This document shows, piece after piece, positions 37,991 through 50,905 of a stretch of DNA of 64,000 bases (the stretch's first letter is position 1; the number at the start of each line of letters is the position of its first letter). Origin of the DNA: Lama glama (taxonomy: Eukaryota); assembly GCA_028534125.1 (NCBI GenBank), contig CM052817.1, forward strand, positions 107,324,001 through 107,388,000, written 5' to 3'. The position numbers and the translations under genes are program-made. Below the pieces are notes generated by a model that did no database searches, was not told the DNA's origin, and saw only the letters and a list, made by a program, of their open reading frames with translations.

Positions 37991-40281
37991 TATACACTCT
38001 CACGGGACAAATTATTGCAGAGGAACAGTCACATAAACAATTATGTCAATGTACTATATGATATTTACTTACATGTAGATTTTTTAGAAGATTCATTTTA
38101 AAGGGAAAAAAACACTACCAAAATTTTTTTTCTCATGGGACAGCTATCTGCTGACAACTTGTGAAACCCTCATGCTTTAGGGAACACGTTTTCTGAAACG
38201 ATGGCCTAAATAATGGTTTCAAACGTCCATTTCTGTTGTTCCTTTTTGGACTTGGTTCCTTCTTTCAGCCCCTTCTGAACTGATTTGCCTCCCCTGAGCT
38301 CCTTCTCTTTCAAGACTTAGTAGGAGACACCTTCGTGCAACCCTCTGGCTACCAAAATGCTTATTACTTAGCAAGACTGCACCATCAGTTCTGCCCCCAG
38401 GTCAAGGTTTATTCTCTGAGCTACATAGCTTACTTAAATAATTTCTAATCAAGGCACAAATGGAATCTAAACATCACTAATTTTGGGGAAAAAGTTCAGT
38501 ACAAAAAATATATCAAATTAAATCTGAATGTCCCCCAAATATGATACCTCTCCATTAACAGCCAAAGATTTTGCATCATTCTTTGATATCCTTGAGCTAA
38601 TACTTCTATTTCACTTCCCCACATAATTTTATCTTCATGCAAAACAATTTCTATACTTGAAAATCTTTGATTATTCAATTACTATCCCCTGTAACAAACA
38701 GAGATATAAATTTAAATGAATTTACTTCTGGGCTAATAAATCTCTAAATTAAAATATCCCAGCATTCTAGTACAAAATGTATCAATGTAGCATCAATTTG
38801 TAATTCTTAAACATACACAAAATAAAATCGTGTGATAAATGCATGTCTCAATGACAGATGAAGGTAAATTCAGTTTATTCACTCTAAGGGATAAAGATTA
38901 CTCATTGCAAGAATCAGATGGGCTCGACAGTAATTTATACTTTTTGTTCCTTTTTATAGATGTAAATGCTGTGAAACCTTATTTACATATGCAAGTCGAT
39001 GAGATTGGAGGGAGTTTTATTACAGCACTATAAGTTTTTCCTTCTAAGGCATTCTTTAAAAAAAACACTGTGTTCTAAATATTAAAAATTAGACTGTCAT
39101 CTAACATGTAAAAAACATGCTATGTTATGTTAGCATTAAATTCCAACTGTTTTTAGTAAAAATTTTTTTAAGTGAAGTACTGTCAGGTATAATGTGTCAA
39201 TTTCTGGTGTACAGCACGGTGTCCATGTACATACATATATTCATTTTCATGTTCTTTTTCATTAAAGGTTACTACCTGATTGTTTTTAATAGACTTTCTA
39301 TTCTCTTCTGCATACTCGTTTTTTCCTGTCCAGTCAAATATGACACTAATTATTATAGACTTAGAGGATATTTTGATTTCTCGCAAGTGCAAGTTCCTCC
39401 TGACTCTTCTCTTAAAAAGTTTTTTTTTTTTGGCTCATATTTACCTTTCTCGGTCATTTTTATGATCAACTTGTCAAATTTCTGAAACTCTAGGTTAGGC
39501 TGTTTATTGAAGGGTACTGAATTTTAGATTAATTTGGGCATATTTGATATTGTCCCAATACCGAGTCTCCCGATCTGGGAACTCAGCGAGTCTGTTCATT
39601 TAGTCAAGCCTTGTTTCATGTCCCACGATGCCATTTTCTGGGTTTTGTTTCACGGGTTTCACTGCTGCTTTCTGAATGTAAGATAACACATCTCTCCTGG
39701 CCACTTTAAATGCATTCTTTCTTTTTCTCCTCCCTCCCTCTCTTGCTTCCTTCCTTCTTTCTTTTTCTCTTGCCGTCTTGAATGGACTGTATACTTGCAC
39801 AAGACTGGAAACGGACTGGGTTTACAACCTCCTCAGTGCGTAACACAAAGCTACGCTGGCACGGTTGCTAAGGAAAGAAATATGTGTTAAATAAATGAAT
39901 GAACGAAAGCCTTGATTCATCAGCTAGAAATCCAGCAGGAAGACTTGGAGTTGGAGGAGGGGGTGGGCATTCCAGGATAAGATTCAAAGGAATTACAGTT
40001 CCTTAGAAATAGATGACACATTGTGGCTTGGTTATACCACATGAGAGATTCGACAAGCTGTCTGATTTTTTTTTTAACTTAAGAAACAAAATGACCTGGA
40101 TATTAGGCAAATTGCTCCAGTGTGGCTTCACTCAGAGAGCCCGAGGAGATAGATAGATGCTTCTGATTTCCTCAGGCTTTGAGAAAAATGCAAAAGGTTT
40201 GCTCCATGTGAGGGTTCCTGAAATGCTATTTCCATTGAATAGCAAAGATAATTTAAAATTTTCTTTTAAAAAGAATGTCTG

Positions 40282-40521
40282 TCTATCTGGGATTTCAAAA
40301 TTGTAGAACAGATAAACAAGATTACACTTTATAGCACAGGGAAATATACACAAAATGTTATGATAACTCACAGAGAAAAAAATGTGGCAATGAGTGTATT
40401 TATGTCCATGAATGACTGAAAAATTGTGCTGAACACTGGAATTTGACACAACATTGTAAAACGATTATAAATCAGTAAAAAATGTTAGTAAAAAAAAGAA
40501 AGGCCTAAAAAAATAAAAAAA
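40282..40521 (+). mobile_element. 5'-truncated L1 with TSD
   Basis: L1 3' UTR plus A-tail, flanked by TAAAAAGAATGTCTG at 40267-40281 and 40522-40536. Confidence 0.85.
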
Positions 40522-41495
40522 TAAAAAGAATGTCTGCTAAAAAGAAAGAAAAATTAAAAAAAATCTAACAAAAAACAAAACCAAAAAAAGAAGAAAAAAT
40601 CCAAAATAAAAAGGGTGTCTGCTGCCTAAATGTCACAGACTTTGTCTTTTAAGCAGGGAGCATGTTAGACACAGACGACCTGGTGGTCTTCCTCATGGTG
40701 TACAAATATTCTTCTACTTCTCCCACTCTGAAGAATTTTAAAACCCTTTCCCAGCTCCCTTGCTTGACGGCTTTCATGTCACCTCTCTGTTCGTGTTTAA
40801 CTGGCAAAAAGCCTGAAAGGAATATCTCTATTTCTTGAACTTAGCTTTTATCTTCTTATTTTTTTTAATTATTTTGAAAAATTTCAAGCATACACAAAGG
40901 TAAAGAGGCAGTATAATGAACTCTGTATATCATTTTGTCAGTCTGATTTCACGCACCCTTCTCTTCTAAGTCTTCTGGAGTGTCTTAAAGCAAATTCCAG
41001 ACCTCACAGCATTTCACCTGTGAACATGCCAGCAGGCACCTCTAACAGATAAGGACTGTAGAAAATGCCCATCGCATACCAGTATCGTCCTGCAAGTCTA
41101 AATACATAATCAGGGTTTAAATTTCCTAGATTGTCTTGCAAAGATCTTTTTTACAATAGATTTGCTCCAATCAGGCTCTAAACACATTGCATTTAGAGGC
41201 AGTTTTCCATCTCTAACAGTGTCTCTCCCCTCTTTTTTCATGCCACTTACATGTTTTATTCTGGGGGGGGAGGGGTTTTGTTTTGTTTCGTTTTGTTTTT
41301 ACAAAGGTCATTTTTCCCGTAGACGTCCCCACATTCTGGATTTGGCTGCCTGCATCCTCATGGTTTTGTCCAACATATTCCTTTTTCTCTCCTATATTTC
41401 CTGTAAATTGAGGCTCAGTTCCCTGCTGTCTTGCATCGTGGAGGGTCTCACGTTCATGGTCTTCTTGTCTAAGGCTGTGTGTGTGGTCACACTCC

Positions 41496-42008
41496 TTTTT
41501 TTTTTTAATTTTGTTTTTGTTTGTTTGGTAATTAGATTGATTTATTTATTTACGTAATTTATTTTTTAGAGGAAGTACTGGGGATTGAATCCAGGACCCC
41601 GTGAATGCTAAGCACACAGTCTATACTGAGCTATACCCACGTCCTCACTTATTTTTACCTTGATGGTGTCAGTGATGAAAGAGACTGAGTTTTCAGAGGA
41701 GCGGTAAGCGCGTCCGCAGGCAGTAACTCTGGCCTGGATGGAAGTGGCTGGGCGTTCAGGAATCGCTTTAGGAGTATGGTATGTTTTTCAGAATTATTTG
41801 CACGTTTTTCTTATCAAGAATAAAATCTTATTTAAGTATTTTTTTTAATTTAGCAGAAGGGGGAAATGTGTTAAGCAAAGGGATACAGCTGCGAAGCCAA
41901 ATCATTATTTTATTTACTTTATTTTATTTTATTTAATGGAGGCCTTGAGGACTGAACCCAGGACCTCACGCATGCTAAGCACGCACTCCACCACTGAGCT
42001 ACACGCCC
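41496..42008 (-). mobile_element. Composite SINE-spacer-SINE, copy 2
   Basis: Two minus-strand SINE monomers (~41496-41640 and ~41906-42008) around a spacer homologous to 20355-20562. Confidence 0.85.
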
Positions 42009-42636
42009 TGTCAGGCTTCTTGACGACTGAGGTCGTTGTCCCTAAGGTGGTGGCCCATTCTCAGCCCTCCTTTTCCTGCGGCCGTGACCCCTTCACTCTC
42101 CCTGGCACCCCCACTTCTTTGGCTGCCCATATTCCACACTTGGGGTCCCCATTTACCTCGCCTGTCGCTCTTTCACCATCTCTTTTTCTGGCTTCTCATG
42201 AAAGTCTGAACCTCTCAAGGTGGGAGCTCTGGAGAGTCGTCCTCCACCCCTCCTCCCTGACCATCTCACCCAGTTCCAGGCCCTCATCACCGATTCACAC
42301 ACGCCGACTTCTTCGCTTTAGCGCCGTGGCAGGTCTCCCCCAGACCCACGTTCATACCGCCAGCGCCCAGCTGACATTCCCAGGTGAGTGTCTCCGAGCA
42401 TCTCCAGGTGCTGCTGCCTGGGACTCCACGCGGACCTCCTTCCCCATCCGCTCCTCCCTTGGGCTTCATCTCTGCGGATGACAAGCTGTCCTTTCAGCCT
42501 GGGGTTCATAGTCTTAGAATCATTCTAGACCCTTTCTCTCTACCCCAAATAGACTCTGTCAGCAATTCCAAGGGACTCTATCTTCAAAATATACCCCTAG
42601 TCTGTGTATTTACTATCGCCTCCACTGCTGTCATCT

Positions 42637-43302
42637 TTTTTACATTTTATTTTATTTTTTATTGAAGTGTACTTGATTTACAATGTTAGTTTCAGGTGTA
42701 CAGCAAAGCGATTCAGTTATACATATATATACGTATATTCCTTTTCATATTCTTTTCCATTATAAGTTATTACAAGAAATTGAATATAGTTCCCTGCGCT
42801 ATACAGTAGGTCTTTGTTCACCTATTTTATAAAATGTGTGTCTGTTAATTCCCAACTCCTAATTTATCCCTCCCTCCCTTTCCCTTTTGGTAACCATAGT
42901 TTGTTTTATATGTCTGTGAGTCTATTTTTGGTTTGTAAACAGAATTTGTATCTTTTTTTAGATTCCACATATAAGTGATATTATATGATGTTTGCCTTTC
43001 TCTGACTTCACTTAGTATGATAATCTCTAGGTCCATCCATGGTGTTGCAAATGGCATTATTTCATTCTTTTTAATGGCTGAGTAGTATTCCATTGTATAA
43101 ATATCCCAGAACTTCTTTATCTGGTCATCTGTCAGTGGACATTTAGCATGTTTCCATGTCTTGGCTATTGTATGTAGTGCTGCTGTGAACATTGGGGTGC
43201 ATGTGTCTTTTCAAATTATAGTTTTATCTGGATACATGCCCAGGAGTGGGACTGCTGGATCATAGGGTAAGTCTATTTTCGGTTTTTTAAGGAATCTCTA
43301 TA
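42637..43302 (-). mobile_element. 5'-truncated L1 with TSD
   Basis: ORF-track peptide MFTAALHTIAKTWKHAKCP...MEYYSAIKKNEIMPFATPWMDLE is the L1 ORF2 C-terminus; TSD CTGTCATCTT. Confidence 0.92.
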
Positions 43303-43393
43303 CTGTCATCTTGATTCAGCCCATTGTCACCTCTTGCTTCCTGACTGCTTTCTGACCCCCTCCCTTGTTCTTAGCACAGCAGCTAGCATAAGC

Positions 43394-43660
43394 TTTTCTT
43401 TCTTTCTCTTCCTTCCTTCCTTTCTTCCTTTCTTTCTCTCTCTCTCTTTTCTTTTCTTTTCTTTCTTTCTTTCTTTCTTCCTTCCTCCCTTTCTTTCTTT
43501 CTTTCTTTCTTTCTTTCTCTTTCTTTCTTTCTTTCTTTCTTTTTCTTTCTTTCTTTCTCTTTCTTCCTTCCTTCTTCCTTCCTTCCTTCCTTCCTTCCTT
43601 CCTCTCTCTGTTTCTCTCTCTGTTTCTCTCTCTCTCTCCCTCACTTCCTTCCTTCCTTCC
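43394..43660 (+). repeat. Compound polypyrimidine microsatellite (TTTC/TTCC/TC)n
   Basis: About 270 bp of almost pure C/T; potential triplex-forming tract. Confidence 0.95.
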
Positions 43661-44087
43661 TGCATGACTTGCCTATTTTTTATTAGGTTATTCTCACATA
43701 TCATATGATTTTCATTGCTGTTATGAATACTGTCACCTTTTCAAATTACACTTCCTAACTCTTAAGGGTATATACAAATAAAATTGATTTTTTTTACTTA
43801 CTGATCTCATAGTTAGCTCTCTTCCTAAGCTCTCATTTCTCATTTTTTCTAATTGAAGTATAGTCAATTTATAATGTTGCGTTCATTTCTGGTGTACAGC
43901 ATAGTGATTCAGCTATACATATATGTATATTTCTTTTAATATTCTTTTCCATTAGAGCTTATTACAAGATATTGAATTAGTTCCCTAGAGTGAGCTTTTA
44001 AAATTTTGGTTAAGTCACATCACATCACTCCACTGCTCAGAAAATCTCACTGATTTTCTCATTTCTTTACAATCAAAGTTGAGCATT

Positions 44088-44233
44088 TGGGTAGGAGGGT
44101 ACAGCTCAGTGGTAAAGTGCATGCCTAGCACACACGAGGTCCTGGGTTCAATCCCCAGCACCTCCATTAAAAAATAAAAATAAATAAATCTAATTACTTC
44201 TCACCAAATCTAATTACTGCCCTCCCAAAAAAG
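44088..44233 (+). mobile_element. tRNA-derived SINE (Vic-1 type)
   Basis: GAGGGTACAGCTCAGTGGTAAAGTGCATGCCTAGC...GTCCTGGGTTCAATCCCCAG. Confidence 0.9.
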
Positions 44234-46131
44234 CTGGGGTGTTTGAAATGACCTGTAAGACCCTCCCTCCGTGTCCTGCTCCAGCCAAACGTCTCTGCCA
44301 TCTCCTCACCATGTCCTACCCACTCCAGTCCCCTCTCTGCCCACACTGGCCCTCCTCCTGCTGTGCCACAAACCTTGTCCTCTCTCCAGGCCCCTTAGTA
44401 TTTGGTGCTATGCCTGTGATGTTCTCACCCTTCCCACCAAATCAGACTGCTCCCTCCCTCACCACCTTCAGGCTCTGCCTTTCCGTCAAGTCCTTTCCTG
44501 ACTTCCCTCTATAGAATTACAGTCCCTAGACGTAGGACTGACAGGTCCAAGAGCATCAGCATTTGTGTTGTGATAAATATGAAAATAAGACCCAGTTACT
44601 TTCACTCATCACATAGGCACTTACACGATTCCCTTGTAGCCTGGCCAAATCAAACTTAACAACATTTGAATTTTTGACAGTCATGGTGTACTTTAACATG
44701 CATTTCTTTTCTTGTGTAAGAGTTTGAGCATCAGTTTAAGAGCCACTTGTATTTCCATTTCCGAAAACTCTTAAGCTCATATTTTCTGTCCACTTTTCTA
44801 AGGATGTTGGGTTTTTTTCTCATTTATTTGTCGATGCTCTTTGTCCACAATAGAAATGAGTACTTGGACTTTGATATGAATTGGAATAAAAATTTTCCCA
44901 GTTTGTCATTGGTCTTTGACCTTATTTGTGGTGGGTTTTTCTATGCCGAATTTTTTAAAAATTGGAAGTCTATTTCATTCGTATTTTCTTTTAGGGGTTC
45001 TGAGTTTTGTATCACACCATAACATCCTCTCTCATCTGAGATAACGTTTTTATCACAATTTTTTTTCTTTTACACTTAAATCTTATATCCATCTGTAATT
45101 CATTTTGGCGCAGGAGGTGAGATATATGTCCAACTTTTTTGTTTTTTCAGATGGCACTCTGTTGGTCCCCACCCTGTTTTTTGGATTTTCCATGTCTTCT
45201 CCATTGACGTGAAATGGAGAAGGGGAAAGAAATGGGGAAATCAGGAGATTCTGGGGCAGACTTTCATGCTTGTGGACTGAGGTCGAGGCAGCAGTGTTTT
45301 CTCTTTGTGGAATCTCTCCTGGCAGGCAGAGACCTCACACATGCCATGAAGAGCTGCGAACAAGTCAAACCTGAAACAGGCAGAAAGCCCACCCCAGTAC
45401 AGGCACATGCAACGTCTCCAAACTGCAGCGTGGAGCGCTGGAGCACATGATTCTCACACAGTCAGCTCCTCCATCCCACGCACAGTCTCTCCAATGGTGT
45501 CCGAAGGTGGCAGGGAACAGTCATGTGCGTTTGGGTTGTTTGTTTTGCAGACTTATCCCATCAGACTGCGAGGAAGACCTGCACTTGACTTTGACAAACC
45601 ACAGTGAACTGTGGGGAGGGAAGGTGCTGGGAATCCTCGTGCTGCCTTTTAGATTTCCAGCGTGTTCTCGTGATACCAGCATTCGAGACCTAATGAGGTT
45701 TCATTTCAATTAAGTTCATCCCTCAATGCTCAACTAGCTGTGAAACCAGGACACTGGGTGTGGATTAGGAGAGCTGACATTCTGGGGGATGAGATGAAAT
45801 TTTTCAGCATTGGTGACGTCATAAGACACCATTAAATTGGTCTACTGGCATCTGTCTACAAGGATGCTTTTTAAACTAGGACACATGTCCATTGTTCAGT
45901 GATAATTATATTAATAATGCTGACACTAAGATGCTGCAAAATCCTGCTGTAGCTTTGGAATTAAGTTCTGAGTCATCAAAAATAATTATGAGAAATGTCA
46001 TTAGTTTCAAGGCTATTTGGCTGTGTTCCTTAATGGAAATACTGTATGATATAATGGTTAGGAGTTTTGTTCAAGACGCAGATGAGAGTGAGTTTAATAT
46101 TGATTCTTCAAACATTTTATCTGAGTAACTT

Positions 46132-46269
46132 TTTGTTTTCTTTTCTTTTTTTGTATTTTTTGGGGGGATCATTAAGTTTATTTATTTATTAAATATAGGT
46201 ACCAGGGATTGAACCCAGGACTTTGTGTGTGCTAAATACGTGCTCTACCACTGAGCTATACCCACCCCC
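46132..46269 (-). mobile_element. tRNA-derived SINE (Vic-1 type)
   Basis: Perfect 13-bp TSD ATCTGAGTAACTT at 46119-46131 and 46271-46283. Confidence 0.92.
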
Positions 46270-46651
46270 AATCTGAGTAACTTGGAGCAAGTAACCCAAC
46301 TTCTGTAAACCTTGATTTCCTCATATATAAAACAGGACTTACTGTTATGGGGATTAACAAGAAAACCCATCTAAAGCACAAGTAAGGTGCTTTCTTCCTA
46401 TCTGACTGGCAAAGATCAAAATGCTTAATAATACGTTTGGTGCTGAGGGTCTGGTGGAGACAGAAACTCTCCTACGCTGCTCGGTGCGGGGTGTCAGTGG
46501 ATATAACCACCACAGAAAGCAGCCTGGCAATACCTGTCAAATGCATGCACGTACCTCTGACCAGCAATTCCTCTGGCTGGAATTTATGGAACAGATGTAC
46601 TTAGAAATGAACAAACTGATAACTGTATGCAGATATTCCTTTTGTGGCAGT

Positions 46652-46740
46652 GATTAGGTTTAACTAATGAATGAATGGAGATAGTGGGGATTGAACCCAG
46701 GACCTCGTGCATGATGAGCTACACTTACTCCCCCTCCCCG
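46652..46740 (-). mobile_element. Degenerate tRNA-derived SINE
   Basis: GGGGATTGAACCCAGGACCTCGTGCATGA...TGAGCTACAC, with an internal deletion. Confidence 0.75.
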
Positions 46741-47894
46741 ATATTTCTTGCAGGACTGTTATAGTAAGAGTAGAGTGGGGAAAAAAACCCTAAATTTCCA
46801 ACTAGAAGGGGTTGTCCTGATGGACACTTGCAATCAAATACCACGCTGTAATAAAAAACAAGGAAATATTTATGTTGTTGAATGGGATACCAAGAGACAA
46901 TGCTAATCAGCAGGAGCAAAGTTGGAACACTGTGTCAAAACAGGGAATGGAAAGTATGTAATATATACTTATAACGTGTAATATATTATATAAATACATA
47001 TCTAGATATATTTGTTGGTGTAATCACAGAAATGCTCAAGAGAAACACTCAAGAAAATGGTAGCCCTGTAAGGCTCGAATTTCCTGGTGTAAATTTTCTA
47101 AGAATTTCCTGAGTGGCCAGAAAATTTTCTGCTATATATTCTTTTCATCTTTTGATTATATGCTGTGAATATGTATCTTATTTTTTAACAATAAATCAAT
47201 ATAAAGTATATAAAACCCTCATGCTACGTAAGCATGCAACATGTATTAGTGCTTATTTAAAATTTCAGCTTAATGGTAACTGATTATCTTCCACTAAAAT
47301 AAAGATACCCAGAGAATTTTAAAAATCCGCTGTTTAAAATTTTAAACACTACAAATTTTATAATACAGGACTAATTTTAAATAATTTATGATACATAAAT
47401 GATTTTATAATACATATATAATTTTAAACAATACACTTTGTCTTCTTATAAATTGTAAAGGCATTTTGTTTAACTCATGAAGTCCCACCATCTGGGTCTG
47501 TAATCATTCACACTTCTCAGAAAGGTATTAGAGTATCTGCTAATTTAAAAAAATCTACTTCTGCAAAGAACGTGACTAGAAGGAATAGTTTTCCAGATAC
47601 AAATGAAAATTTCTTAGGTGTTAGTCTTGAGCAATTGAGAGCTTTATGGAGATAACAGGTATCACTTAAGCTTCTCTCAAACATTATTAGATTTTGAAGA
47701 AGGATTGGAAATACTGAACATATTCTAGAATTTTTATTTATGGTCGAATTTTGCTTATAGTTCTGAGTTTTGAGCAAATTGGGCTGAATTGTGAATAAAT
47801 GGAGAATTCTTCTTCTACTTGGCTTTCATGTGTTTAGACCATCAGGCTACACTAGCTTTTTCCTCAATAACTGTGCATTTTGGTTTCTCACTTT

Positions 47895-48353
47895 TATTAG
47901 ATGTGTCAGTTTCTGGTGTGCAGCACAATGTCCCAGTCATGCATATACATACATATATTTGTTTTCATATTCTTTCTCATTAAAGGTTATTGCAAGATAT
48001 TGAACATACTTCCCTGTGCTATACAGAGGAAACTTTTTTTAAAATCTATTTTTATATATAGTGGCTAACATTTGTAAATCTCAAACTCCCAAATTTACCC
48101 CTTCCCACCCACTTTCCCTGGTAACCACAATATTGTTTACTATATCAGTGAGTCTGTTTCTGTTTTGTAGATGAGTTCATAGTGTCCTTTTTTCTTGTCT
48201 TTCTTTTTTTTTTAAGATTGCACATATGAATGATATCATACGGTATTTTTCTTTCTCTTTCTGGCTTACATCACTTAGAATGACGATCTCTAAGTCCATC
48301 CATATTGCTGCAAATGGCATTATTTTATTCTTTTTTATGGCTGAGTAGTATTC

Positions 48354-48404
<51 letters not shown>

Positions 48405-49367
48405 ACTGCTTCTTTATCCAGTCATCTGTTGATGGACCTTTAGGTTGTTTCCATGTCTTGGCTATTATAAATAATACTGCTATGAATGTTGGGGTGCGTG
48501 TGTCTTTTCAAATTAGAGTTCCTTCTGGATATATAACCAGGGGTGGGATTACTGGGTAATACGGTAAGTCCATTTTTAGTTTTTTGAGGACTCTCCAAAG
48601 TATTTTCCATAATGGCTGCATCAAACTATATTCCCACCAACAGTGTAGGAGGGTTCTATTTTCCCCACACCCTTTCCAGCATTTATCATTCATGGACTTA
48701 TGAATGATGGCCATTCTGACTGGTGTGAGGTGATACTTCATTGTAGTTTTGATTTGCATTTCTCTGATAATCAGCGATATTGAGCATTTTTTTCACATCT
48801 ATTGGCCATTTGTATGTCTTCATTGGAGACTGTGTAGGTCTTCTGCTCATTTTTGGAGTGGGTTGTTTGTTTGTTTGTTTGTTTGTTTTGTTATTAAGTT
48901 GCATGAGCTGTTTATATATTCTGGAAATTAAGCCTTTGTCAGTATCATCATTTGCAAATATTTTCTCCCATCCCGTAGGTTGTTGTTTTGTTTTGCTTAT
49001 GGTTTCCTTTGCTGTGCAAAAGCTTGTAAGTTTAATTAGGTCCCACTTGTTTATTTTTGCTCTCATTCCTGTTTCCTGGGAAGATTGCCCTAAGAGAATA
49101 CTGCTAAGATTTATGTCAGAGAATGTTTTGCCTATGTTTTCTTCTAAGAGGTTTATTGTATCTTGTCTTATATTTAAGTCTTTAAGCCATTTTGAATTTA
49201 TTTTCATGTACAGTGTGAGGGAGTGTTCTAACTTCATTGATTTACATGCTGCTCTCCAGTTTTCCCAACACTACTTGCTAAACAGACTTTCTTTTCTCCA
49301 TTGTATATTCTTGCCTTCTTTGTCGAAGATTAATTGATCATAGGTCTCTGGGTTTATTTCTGGGCTC
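47895..49367 (-). mobile_element. L1 ORF2 3' part plus 3' UTR, truncated by the gap
   Basis: ORF-track peptides [25 protein letters not shown]...[18 protein letters not shown] and [19 protein letters not shown] are L1 ORF2; frameshifted. Confidence 0.95.
48359..48402 (+). repeat. (TA)22 microsatellite within L1
   Basis: Direct count. Confidence 0.97.
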
Positions 49368-49867
49368 NNNNNNNNNNNNNNNNNNNNNNNNNNNNNNNNN
49401 NNNNNNNNNNNNNNNNNNNNNNNNNNNNNNNNNNNNNNNNNNNNNNNNNNNNNNNNNNNNNNNNNNNNNNNNNNNNNNNNNNNNNNNNNNNNNNNNNNNN
49501 NNNNNNNNNNNNNNNNNNNNNNNNNNNNNNNNNNNNNNNNNNNNNNNNNNNNNNNNNNNNNNNNNNNNNNNNNNNNNNNNNNNNNNNNNNNNNNNNNNNN
49601 NNNNNNNNNNNNNNNNNNNNNNNNNNNNNNNNNNNNNNNNNNNNNNNNNNNNNNNNNNNNNNNNNNNNNNNNNNNNNNNNNNNNNNNNNNNNNNNNNNNN
49701 NNNNNNNNNNNNNNNNNNNNNNNNNNNNNNNNNNNNNNNNNNNNNNNNNNNNNNNNNNNNNNNNNNNNNNNNNNNNNNNNNNNNNNNNNNNNNNNNNNNN
49801 NNNNNNNNNNNNNNNNNNNNNNNNNNNNNNNNNNNNNNNNNNNNNNNNNNNNNNNNNNNNNNNNNNN
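49368..49867. other. Assembly gap (exactly 500 N)
   Basis: Run of N; the round size suggests a placeholder of unknown true length. Confidence 0.99.
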
Positions 49868-50559
49868 GGGGGCGCCGGCCTGGGTGCCCAACTCTACTCA
49901 AGAACGGTTGTGACCCACAATGGCAAAGAACAGGTGCCCGAGTCACTGCTGTATGCCTGGAACTAACACAGCTCTGGGAACCCACTCTCCTTCCACATGA
50001 TTAAAGGCAAACCAAAAAGAACAGCAGAGCGGACAGGCTGAGCTCCCAAGGCTGCCGGAGGCCCTGGCATGGCCTGGCACGGCCTGGCACCTCGCCGGCT
50101 CCGGGCCGGCCCTCACGAAGCCTCTCAGCTGGTTGGGAACTTCAGACAAGGAACAAACCAGCACGAAGAGGTGAGTTAATCTATGCAAGTGTGAACGTGT
50201 GTTTTGCTCTTGTCACTGTAGGAACGCAAGGCACTTTTCCTTGTCCTTTCCGAGGAACCTTACAGGGTGTGAGATCCAAGTCTCAAGGGCTCTTCTTTTA
50301 TGAACCCCAAATTAACTATTTGTGGAAACTTCTGAATGAGAGGAAGGCAATCAGATTTCCATTTACCTAAAGATGTCAAACTCCTGGCAAAGACTGCATC
50401 AGCACTACTGACGGCAACCCTGCCAAGACTCCTGCCCTCAGGCACGGGGACTGGAGGCGGTGGAGCGGCGGGTCCCTGACCTACGCGGGTATGTTTGTTG
50501 TTTTTTGGTTTTTCCTTCCCTCACTTTTTATTCTCACTCTTACGTAGGTTTTTAAAAAT

Positions 50560-50905
50560 ATCTTTTTGGAAGCATATTCAATTTACAATGTTGTGTCAAT
50601 TTCTGAGTTATGTATTTATACATATATATATTCCTTTTCATATTCTTTTTCTTTTTAAAAAAATTTTTGTTTTATTATTATTTTTTGGGGGGTGGGGAGG
50701 CAATTAGGTCTGTTTGTTTACTTATTTATTTATTTAATGGAGGTACTGGGGATTGAACCCAGGACCTTGTGCACCCTAAGCACACACCCTCCCCCCATAT
50801 TCTTTCATTATTGAATGTAGTTCCCGGTGCTCTACAGGAGGACCTCGCTGTTACCTCTTTTATGCACAGTAGTGTGTGTCTGCAAATCCCGAATGCCCAA
50901 TTTCT
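50560..50905 (-). mobile_element. L1 3' fragment with a nested SINE (50649-50795)
   Basis: SINE flanked by TSD CATATTCTTT (50639-50648 and 50796-50805) interrupting an L1 3' UTR. Confidence 0.85.

Noticed and set aside
43327..43708. Lys/Glu/Arg-rich and Phe/Leu/Ser-rich ORFs
   Set aside because: Translations of a polypyrimidine microsatellite.
49271..49985. ~210-aa ORFs
   Set aside because: Artefacts of translating the N gap.
15811..50795. tRNA-like sequences with A and B boxes
   Set aside because: They have A-rich tails, TSDs and degenerate stems, so they are SINEs rather than tRNA genes.
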